Source: a virus (lineage: Duplodnaviria; Caudoviricetes). From it: a stretch of 64,000 nt of DNA. The stretch is taken from positions 1 through 64,000 of the IMG/VR virus record IMGVR_UViG_3300027763_000031, one strand, 5' to 3'. Made by a program: the position numbers and the translations under genes. The notes under the pieces are model-generated. The model was not told where the DNA came from and did not search any database. It was given only the letters and a program-made list of their open reading frames with translations. Below are positions 45,244-54,100 of this stretch, one piece after another (the first letter of the stretch is position 1; every line of letters begins with the position of its first letter).

Positions 45244-46983
45244 ATGGCTAAAAGATTTAAGACATCGCCTGTCCCAACCGGTGAAATAAGCTCGTACATC
45301 AGTAACCCGTATGCGCTTAGTTCCATTTACATGTTTGGTTCTAGCTCTCCTTTTACGGGGACTGGTTCCAGCATTGTTCGCCCTAATGACGATCTACTAA
45401 TCCAAAAGGGAGGTAATCGCGCATTATTAACTTACCAAAGGTTGCTATTGGATGAACAAGTCCAGGGTTCTTACTCTAAGTTGCTCCAGGAAGTTACGTC
45501 TAGGCCATGGTATGTTCGGGAATACAGCGATAAACCTGGGGATTTAGCCGTCAGGGACTTTGTAGCAGAAGTTTTAGAGGAGTTGCCAATAGACGATATT
45601 TTCAAGGGCTTAGCCGAAGCCTTAATTGTTGGTTTCAGTGTTGCGGAAGTAATGTGGAAGAAAACCAAGCGGGGTGTCATCCCATTTGATGTTCGAGTTA
45701 GAGATCAGCGCCGATTCGTCTTCCAAGAAGCTGAGGATTCTCAAACAGGTTTTACAATGCGTTGCTTGACATTCAATAGGATGTTTGAAGGTATCGAGCT
45801 ACCTGCGCGTAAATTCATCATCAATAGGTACTGGACTCAGCATAATGGGGATCCCTATGGTTCTTCGATTGGTCGTATTTTATATCCCCTGGTAAAGTTT
45901 AGGAGGAGGGCATTAGAGTCTTATGTGCTCTATGGTGATAGATACGCAACCCCGACTACCGTAGCAACCGCCCCCCTAAGTGCATCAACGGCCGAAATCG
46001 ATAATATTTACGGGATGATCTCTAATTTGTCCCAAGAGACCGCGATGGTTTTACCTGAAGGGTTCGTATTGGATTTTATTAACCCTGAAGGTAGCCCCGA
46101 TGTGTTTAAAGGCTTGATTGACTACCTAGATAAAGTCATTAGCCTTCTGATTTGCGGTGAAAATGAAGCTGGGCAGGCTGAGTCTGGTTCCAGGGCTTCG
46201 TCAATGGTTGCTAACGTAGTTCGAGTGGTGAGGGCATCTGAGATATCAGAAATGATCTGCCATCAACTAACTCAAACTTTGGTAAGGTGGATTGTAGATT
46301 TAAATTTTGGTGCTGATGTTGCATCTCCGACTTTAACTAGGGAGTTCAGAATTGAGGAGTCCCAACTGACACCCGCTGATGTTTCCCTATTGATTCAAAA
46401 TGGTTTCAAACCCCGTAGAGAATGGATTGAGAGACACTTTAGAGTTGATCTGGAAGATGAGGCTAAATCCGCTGAGGGCCAACAGGGTAGCGAAGGTGAA
46501 ACTACGTTTGACCCTGAAAAGGATAAGAACCTGTATGAGTCGATTTTCGGTCCAGAAGATGGTTCGGGTGGGGATGCTGAAGGGGCCCCAGGATCTACCA
46601 CTGAGATGACTCCGGATGATGTGGCCCCAGATGAAGGGGCCTCGGATGAGGGAATTCAGGGTGAAGAAACCCCGGATGAAGAGGCTCCGCCTGAGATGAC
46701 CCCAACTGAAGAAACCCCGGATGAGACGACTCCGAATGAAGAAGCTCCAACAAAGCAACCCCCTGTAGAAAAGAAACCAAAAATAAATAGCAAAGCCAAC
46801 AAAGAGTTAGACTCTTTACTATCCGATTTAGACTCCGCATTGGCTGAAAAACCAGGGGAATCAGAACTGGGAGAAATCCCCAAGGAAGGGTCAAATGAGA
46901 CCGAATCCACAAGTGAAATTTCCGGTAAGGAAATAGACTCTATAATATCAGAGATGGAAAACAAGGTCAAGGGTAAAAAATAA
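45244..46983 (+). CDS. portal protein (DUF935 / Mu gp29-like) with acidic C-terminal tail
   Basis: GFSVAEVMW, GDPYGSSIGR, DRYATP, ISLLICG, LVRWIVDLNFG. Confidence 0.85.
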   Translation: MAKRFKTSPVPTGEISSYISNPYALSSIYMFGSSSPFTGTGSSIVRPNDDLLIQKGGNRALLTYQRLLLDEQVQGSYSKLLQEVTSRPWYVREYSDKPGDLAVRDFVAEVLEELPIDDIFKGLAEALIVGFSVAEVMWKKTKRGVIPFDVRVRDQRRFVFQEAEDSQTGFTMRCLTFNRMFEGIELPARKFIINRYWTQHNGDPYGSSIGRILYPLVKFRRRALESYVLYGDRYATPTTVATAPLSASTAEIDNIYGMISNLSQETAMVLPEGFVLDFINPEGSPDVFKGLIDYLDKVISLLICGENEAGQAESGSRASSMVANVVRVVRASEISEMICHQLTQTLVRWIVDLNFGADVASPTLTREFRIEESQLTPADVSLLIQNGFKPRREWIERHFRVDLEDEAKSAEGQQGSEGETTFDPEKDKNLYESIFGPEDGSGGDAEGAPGSTTEMTPDDVAPDEGASDEGIQGEETPDEEAPPEMTPTEETPDETTPNEEAPTKQPPVEKKPKINSKANKELDSLLSDLDSALAEKPGESELGEIPKEGSNETESTSEISGKEIDSIISEMENKVKGKK

Positions 46984-46985
46984 GC

Positions 46986-49661
46986 ATGAGTAAATCCGAT
47001 AAAAAAGTGTTCTCAAAAAAAGTCCACGTATTTAAAGCTGGCCCCCAAACTAGCGCACAGGGTGTGCAGAGAAACTTCTCTGCTGACGACCTTAAGGAAG
47101 TTGCAAACTCATATGACCCCAAAGTCCATTCAGCCCCCCTTGTAATTGGCCACTCTGGAGATAACGACAGCGTACCTGCTTACGGGTGGATTAAAGGATT
47201 CTCTCAAAAGGGTGATGACTTATATGCAGATGTAGAATTTACGGACGTAGCTAAGGACTTGGTTAGAGGTGGTCATTATAGGAAAGTTTCCATTTCCTTC
47301 TATTCCCCCGATTCCCCCATTAACCCACACAAAGGCAAGTGGAGTGCAAGGCATTTGGCATTGCTCGGAGCTGCACCCCCAGCTGTGAAAGGCTTGGAGC
47401 CATTCTCTTTTAGCGAAGAAGAGGGAGTTTTCGACTTTGCAGTAGCCCTGTCCCCTGACCAACTTTTTGATAAGGACTTAGGACCGACGCTGCTTATAGA
47501 AAAAAGTCCCCTAGAAATGCTAAAAGAAAGACTAGATGAAGTCAAAAGTGAAGTCAATCAGTCCCTACAGCAATTAGAACAAAACCAGGACCAACAAACA
47601 GAATCGGATGTCGGCCAAGGCCAACAACCTGAAACTACAAATTCGGCGGATCAAAACGCCAACCCCGATAACCCTAATCAGCAATTCTCTGAAATGAAAA
47701 AGAACTTGGGGCGCGAAGGCGCTGAAATCACTGAGTCTACTCAAGAAGTAGCCAATCTAGAAACCAAAGCACCAGAAAACAAGCCAAAAATGCCCAAATC
47801 AAAAGTTTCTCCCAAAGCCAAACTTGATGATACCGAAGAAGACGGGGAGTTCAAGGAAGTTACCAAAGGTGGCAAAAAGTCCAAAATGATGGAAGAATCA
47901 CCTGAGGAAGAAGCCATGGAATCTCCTGAAGAAGAAATGGAAGAAGATTCCAAATACGCCGAAAAAGTCAAAGGCAAAATGACCAAAATGCCTATGGAAT
48001 CTCCTGAAGATGAATCAGAAGACGAAGGCACCGAATTCGAGGAAGGCATTAAGCGCCGTGTCTCTAAAGGAGCTGGTGGCCAGGAAGTTCAGGTTGTTGA
48101 GCAAGTATTTGAGGAAGGTATTGATTCTCAGCATAAGGAAGTTTCCAAGTCCAAGAAAAAGAAAGCCCCCAGTCAACCTGTGGACGAAACGGACATGGAC
48201 GAAGAGGAAATGGATGACGAGGATTCAGAGTACAATGAACTAGAGTACGACGAAGTTAGTCACAAAACCGCATCTAATGGGAAAGTATCCTTTGGTACCC
48301 ACAAAGGTGAAACCGGAGATAAAGTTACTGGCCGCTCAGTTACTGCCCGATCCAAAGATGATAGCTACGGAGCCCGTCAAAAGGCTGGTAAAGCCCCAGA
48401 GGAAGACCGCGATGGTGTAACCAGCGATGGTGAACAAGACGAGGACCGTCTCAAAACTGCAAAAAATAGCGAACAAGACGAAGACCGCCTAAAAACTGCC
48501 AGAGAGGAAGATGGTGACAATAGTCAGGAAGGTCGTTGGGCTGGTCAAGATACTATGGCCAAAGATAGAAACAACGATCAGTACGACGATGCCAGCACCA
48601 AGTACCCAGAGAAGCAACGTCCTGGAACTTCTGATGGGGAAGATCCCCATGGCCGCAGCGAAGGGCCCACCCCAGTTTCTAACCTTTCTGAGGAAGACCC
48701 CGACAATCTCGATATGGCAGTAGATGTCAAATCAGTTAAAGGTAACAAAACTTCCCGCGTCATTCACCAATCATCTAGCGACAAAAGACCCCCACTCAAA
48801 GGTGGCCCAATTGCCGACCATGCCGAAGGTGGTGAGCCTGATGAAGAGGGAGTCGGCCGAGAACCGAAATCCGCCAAGACTTCCAGTGGTAAAGCCCCCC
48901 GTGGCCGCGAGGGTGGCCCGACTGATTTCCCAACTCGCTCTGAGGAAGATCCTGATGACCTCGATATGGCAGTTGACCTAAAGGATGCTACCCAAAGTGA
49001 TAAGGTCCGGATTGTTCGTCAGAAGTCCGGTGAGAAGGCATCCGTCAATCATGCTGAAGGTGAAATGTCCCGCCGTAAAAAGGCAGCAGAAGAGGGAGAC
49101 CCGATGACCGTAACAGGCAAGGGTTCGACTTATAAGGAGCCTAAGGGTCCCATGGGAGCTTGTTCTGACGGGGAAGAAGAAGTTAAGTATAGCGGAATGG
49201 GTTCTGCCGGTCAAGCCCGTCCTACAGGGTTCCCAGCCCAAATCTACAAGGAGATCGAAGCCCTTAAGAAAGAAAACGATAGGCTCAAGAAGGAATTCGA
49301 AGAGCAGAAAGTCCATGCCCATAAACAAAGGATTTCCCACTACGTTGAGAATCTTTATAGCGACGGCAAACTGACCAATGCCATCATTCAGCAAGATGAT
49401 TTGCAAAGTTTCTGCGAAGGTTTAGAATTTGGAACCTTGGAATTCTCCGAAGGTGAAACACCAACGTCTAAACTCTTTGGAATCTTAAATCGCCTGCCAA
49501 GCATGGTGCATTTTGGAGAAATTGTTGGACCGGAAGACAAAGCATTTGAAGCAACCTTAGAAAACATGGACCCCCATGAAAGGGCCCTTGAAATGGTAAA
49601 ACGCGGTGAAGCCTCCGACTACTTGGAAGCCATCAAAACTTGCCTTTGGACTTCTAACTGA
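46986..49661 (+). CDS. prohead protease/scaffold protein (Mu-like) with long acidic linker
   Basis: APLVIGH, PAYGWI, YRKVSISFY, HLALLGAAPPAVKGL; C-terminal coiled coil. Confidence 0.85.
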   Translation: MSKSDKKVFSKKVHVFKAGPQTSAQGVQRNFSADDLKEVANSYDPKVHSAPLVIGHSGDNDSVPAYGWIKGFSQKGDDLYADVEFTDVAKDLVRGGHYRKVSISFYSPDSPINPHKGKWSARHLALLGAAPPAVKGLEPFSFSEEEGVFDFAVALSPDQLFDKDLGPTLLIEKSPLEMLKERLDEVKSEVNQSLQQLEQNQDQQTESDVGQGQQPETTNSADQNANPDNPNQQFSEMKKNLGREGAEITESTQEVANLETKAPENKPKMPKSKVSPKAKLDDTEEDGEFKEVTKGGKKSKMMEESPEEEAMESPEEEMEEDSKYAEKVKGKMTKMPMESPEDESEDEGTEFEEGIKRRVSKGAGGQEVQVVEQVFEEGIDSQHKEVSKSKKKKAPSQPVDETDMDEEEMDDEDSEYNELEYDEVSHKTASNGKVSFGTHKGETGDKVTGRSVTARSKDDSYGARQKAGKAPEEDRDGVTSDGEQDEDRLKTAKNSEQDEDRLKTAREEDGDNSQEGRWAGQDTMAKDRNNDQYDDASTKYPEKQRPGTSDGEDPHGRSEGPTPVSNLSEEDPDNLDMAVDVKSVKGNKTSRVIHQSSSDKRPPLKGGPIADHAEGGEPDEEGVGREPKSAKTSSGKAPRGREGGPTDFPTRSEEDPDDLDMAVDLKDATQSDKVRIVRQKSGEKASVNHAEGEMSRRKKAAEEGDPMTVTGKGSTYKEPKGPMGACSDGEEEVKYSGMGSAGQARPTGFPAQIYKEIEALKKENDRLKKEFEEQKVHAHKQRISHYVENLYSDGKLTNAIIQQDDLQSFCEGLEFGTLEFSEGETPTSKLFGILNRLPSMVHFGEIVGPEDKAFEATLENMDPHERALEMVKRGEASDYLEAIKTCLWTSN

Positions 49662-49666
49662 GCTAA

Positions 49667-50428
49667 ATGGATCTCCTTTCCTTAATTGGCTCTGTCACTA
49701 AAAGGAGGGGAGATTTTTTCTCTAATGCCGAATCGCTAGCCAAAAAAGCTAAAACCATCGGGAACCTAGAGAGCATGATGCTCAGGGATTCTAAGCTTTT
49801 AGTTAAGTCTCTTAAGGACAAAGACATAAAGTGGGACGAGTTTTCTCGTGCCATGGTTGACAAAACCTTAGAGGCATCTTTGGCAGGAGTCTACCTTGGG
49901 TCAGCATCATCGAAGCCTAAAGCAAAATTGGAAAAAGCATGGCCAACAGTTGTCGGACAATTGGTGCCACCATTACTTAAATTCCTCGATGTGACAAAGG
50001 CCCGATTTGAAAATAATGCAATCTCTATAGTCGGTGACGAAATGGATTTTGCCTCCAAAGGTCCATCTGGCGACTATGATTGGGACATCCTTGATGATCC
50101 TGATTACGATTCGGAAGATCCTGAGGTTCAGGATGCCATACAGAATTCGATTGATTCCGGTGTGGGGCAAACCTGGCAAGGGGTTTTTTCTAGGGTTTCT
50201 CGCTACCTTGTTACCCCAGCTTACGCATTTTTTCAACTGGGTGATTACCTAGTGAAGGAAGAACAGGGCCACAAGGAAATGATGCGAGTTGCCAAAAAGG
50301 ACAAAAAAACTTGCAAAGAATGCAAAGAATACGAGAAGCTAGGTTGGCAGCCAATCGGTTCCCTACCACTTCCTGGGCAGAGATGCAGATGCTATGGCAG
50401 ATGTAGATGTCTGGTCAATTACCGGTAG
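49667..50428 (+). CDS. putative head morphogenesis/minor capsid protein
   Basis: C-terminal TCKEC...GWQPIGSLPLPG..C.C...CRC. Confidence 0.6.
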   Translation: MDLLSLIGSVTKRRGDFFSNAESLAKKAKTIGNLESMMLRDSKLLVKSLKDKDIKWDEFSRAMVDKTLEASLAGVYLGSASSKPKAKLEKAWPTVVGQLVPPLLKFLDVTKARFENNAISIVGDEMDFASKGPSGDYDWDILDDPDYDSEDPEVQDAIQNSIDSGVGQTWQGVFSRVSRYLVTPAYAFFQLGDYLVKEEQGHKEMMRVAKKDKKTCKECKEYEKLGWQPIGSLPLPGQRCRCYGRCRCLVNYR

Positions 50429-50536
50429 CCCATCAGCAACCCCACGTAAGTGGGGGTAAAACCAATTATCACATCAGCTAGGTGAAAAACAAGTCCTAGA
50501 GTAAACCAAAAGTCAACACATATTAAGAAAAAGATC

Positions 50537-51010
50537 ATGAGTCTAAACATTGCACCCGTTTACGCAAAACAGTACATCAGATATGCTTCCACCTGGCAAG
50601 CCGCTACCGACAACCAAGCTGGTAGTATTGGCGTAGTCGAAATCCCCGAATTTTCGGTTGTCGCTCAAGCAACCTATGCCGGGGCTAATAAGGTTTGCTC
50701 CCCTGGTAATTTAACATCCTTTACCGGGGCTATCGTAGGTGTTAGCCAGTCTTACATCCCGACTGCACTATCTCAACCTCAAACTGCCCGTCAAGTTAGT
50801 GTCGCCAGTAGCGGCTCTTTGATCGTCGAAGTTAGCGCTTCGGCTGTCGCTGCTTTTACCATTGGTAGCCGCCTTTCGGTTGGCACCGACGGTAAAGCGC
50901 TCCCAACCGCCAACAGCGGTGTGAACGTTACCTTAGATGGTACCACTCCACTTATTCGTGAGATTGTTACGATCGGTCGTCGTACCTTGGTTGTTGCGAC
51001 TTTCAACTGA
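50537..51010 (+). CDS. putative head decoration/capsid cement protein
   Basis: small Ala/Gly/Val-rich beta protein directly before the capsid gene; IVGVSQ, SVASSG, FTIGSRLSVGTDGKA. Confidence 0.6.
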   Translation: MSLNIAPVYAKQYIRYASTWQAATDNQAGSIGVVEIPEFSVVAQATYAGANKVCSPGNLTSFTGAIVGVSQSYIPTALSQPQTARQVSVASSGSLIVEVSASAVAAFTIGSRLSVGTDGKALPTANSGVNVTLDGTTPLIREIVTIGRRTLVVATFN

Positions 51011-51032
51011 TTGCTGATTGAATTTTTACTAT

Positions 51033-51058
51033 GGGGCTCCGAAAGGGGCTCCTTTTTT
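51033..51058 (+). terminator. Rho-independent terminator
   Basis: ggggctcc-gaaa-ggggctcc + T6. Confidence 0.85.
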
Positions 51059-51179
51059 ATAGTTAGGCTTCCATTAGCAAAGTGTGGGTATAACTACAGT
51101 GACCCCGAAGTTTTCGGACTTTTGGGTTAGATTGCCAACGCAATCTTTGAAGTCAACCTAGAAAAGGAAATCATCTATT

Positions 51180-54100
51180 ATGATGAATCATGGCGGTTCC
51201 GCTCAAGGGTAACCTTGGGATGAAAATTGGGTGAATTGCTGGGAAGCCTACGGCTTCAAACGAAAGTTTGATGCTATGGTAATCAGCAGCGAAGCGTTTT
51301 CGGGAGAAAACGAACGTTCAACGACTAACAGCATACTACTAGAACAGTAATGAAGCTGACACGAGCGCCCGACTCTTTGCTTAGGTAAAGATGATGATAT
51401 AGTCTGAACTTTGTAGAAATACAAAGATGTGAAGGATAAAGAGCCTTTACGATAACATAATGCTACAACAGACCTACGCAGGGGTCGATCCCATTTTTTA
51501 GAGTGGCTTTGTTTTTAACAAAGAAAATCCGGTGAATTGCTGGGAAGCCTACGGCTTCAAACGAAAGTTTGATGCTATGGTAATCAGCAGCCAAGGCTTT
51601 TAGGGATAAAAGCAAGGTTCAACGACTAGATTAAGTAGCCTAGAACAGGTGAACAATCCACGAGCGCCGGGCGTTTTGTTTACAAAACGATGATATAGTC
51701 TGAACTCTTTGGAAACAAAGAGAGGTAGGGGATAAAGAGCCTCTACGTTAACAAATGTCTCACCACCCTCGCGCAAGGTTTCATGCTACCGTCTACCAAC
51801 ATTGCGAATCAATGAGGTTCCTTCAGGGGGTGACCCCTGTCGAATAATCGGGTGAACTGCTGGGACACCTTACTTTTGCTATGCAAAAGAGGCAATCAGC
51901 AGCCAAGTTTACTTCGGGTCTCTTGTTGCTATAATAAGAGTGAAGTAAGAAGGTTCAACGACTAGAAAGTGACTGACCCAAGAATAATCTTTCCACGAGC
52001 GCCCGACTCTTTGCTTAGGCAAAGATGATGATATAGTCTAAACTGCATGGAAACATGCAGAGCAAAACGTTAAGTTTTGTATATTATTCATAGCACCGGT
52101 GGTAGACACGCCAACTCGTGCAGGACGTATCCTGCGCTTCGGTATTCCATATGCCGCTTAACTCCGTGAGGGGTTATGAAAAATTGGGTGAATTGCTGGG
52201 AAGCCTACGGCTTCAAACGAGAGTTTGAAAGCTATGGTAATCAGCAGCGAAGCCGTCAAGGGATTGACGGAACGTTCAACGACTAGAGTTAGTAATCTAG
52301 AACAGATGAAAACTCCACGAGCGCCTGACGTTTTGTTTACAAAACGATGATATAGTCTGAACTCTTTGGAAACAAAGAGAGGTAGGGGATAAAGAGCCCC
52401 TGCGATAACATAATTGAAGGAACAGTAAATAGCTTGCTGTTGTAAAATTGGGTGAATTGCTGGGAACCCCTAACGTAAAGGCGAGGGAAATCAGCAGCCA
52501 AGTCTACTGCGTCGAGGAATCACTATGATTTCTGTAGTGGAAAGGTTCAACGACTAGACGATGAGTTTCGACAACAATAACTCGTCCACGAGCGCCCGAC
52601 GTTTTGTTTACAAAACGATGATATAGTCTGATCTGCATAGAAACATGCAGAGGTAGGGAATAAAGAGTCTCTACGATAACATGGTGTTGCTATCAACGAC
52701 TTCCGTCGTGCTTACGGTAATTAGTTTGTGCCGTAAATAAATTGGGTGAATTGCTGGGAAGCCTACGGTTTCAAACGAGAGTTTGACGCTATGGTAATCA
52801 GCAGCGAAGCCGTCAAGGGATTGACGGAACGTTCAACGACTAGATTAAGTAGCCTAGAACAGGTGAACAATCCACGAGCGCCCAATGCCCTACATAGTAA
52901 TGTAAGGCAAAGATATAGTCTGACCTACATGGAAACATGTAGAAGCAAGGGATAAAGAACCTTTGCGATAACAAATGACAAACATCCCCTACGTCCAAAG
53001 CCGTTACGACTCCGAGCCTTATGCTCTGGAGCAGGAAGTGGTCGCATGGGAATTGCCTAAATCTTTGGGCCTTGCCGTTGCCTAGTTAGCGCGGTAAGAA
53101 TAATAGGGTGAATTGCTGGAAAGCCCCCAACTTAATGGCCAATCAGCAGCGAAGCGTTTTCGGGAGAAAACGAACGTTCAACGACTAGATTAAGTAGCCT
53201 AGAACAGGTGAACAATCCACGAGCGCCTTACGTCTGACTAACCTTTATAGGGGGGTATAGACGGTGATATAGTCTGAACTGTAAAGATGGTAAATTTACA
53301 GAAACAAAGGATAAAGAGCCTTTGTGATAACAACCTTGGAAGAGGTTAGATCGATAGCCTCCGTCAGTTGAAAAACTGATAGAAAAAACTGGGTGAATTG
53401 CTGGGAAGCCTACGGCTTCAAACGAAAGTTTGATGCTATGGTAATCAGCAGCCAAGGCTTTTAGGGATAAAAGCAAGGTCCAACGACTAACAGCATACTA
53501 CTAGAACAGTAATGAAGCTGACACGAGCGCCCAGCACCCTGATAAGGGTGAAGATATAGTCTGAACTTTCTGGAAACAGAGAGAAGTAAAGGATAAAGAG
53601 CCTTTGCGATAACATTATTGAATCGAGAACGCAGGGGAAGGTTGTAAGGGCCTTCCTTGTGACAAAGGTCACTAAAAATCGGGTGAATTGCTGGGACACC
53701 TTACTTTTGCTACGCAAAAGAGGCAATCAGCAGCCAAGGCTTTTAGGGATAAAAGCAAGGTTCAACGACTAGAGTTAGTAATCTAGAACAGATGAAAACT
53801 CCACGAGCGCCTGATGTCTTACCGTGCTTAACGGTGGGGCAAAGATATAGTCTGAACTCCATGGAAACATGGAGAAGTATGGGATAAAGAGCCCGTACGG
53901 TAACAACATTTTGCCTGCACAAGTGGATTATTTTTTACGAACGATTTCGATCGCAGCGTAGGTCCACTATAAATTGGGTGAATTGCTGGAACCCCCGAGT
54001 GGGCAATCAGCAGCGAAGCCGTCAAGGGATTGACGGAACGTTCAACGACTAACAGCATACTACTAGAACAGTAATGAAGCTGACACGAGCGCCCAATGTC

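Noticed and set aside
52069-52080. gttaagttttgt in intron 3 matches the left-end repeat motif
   Set aside because: A 12-nt AT-rich match explained by a local hairpin; probably coincidence
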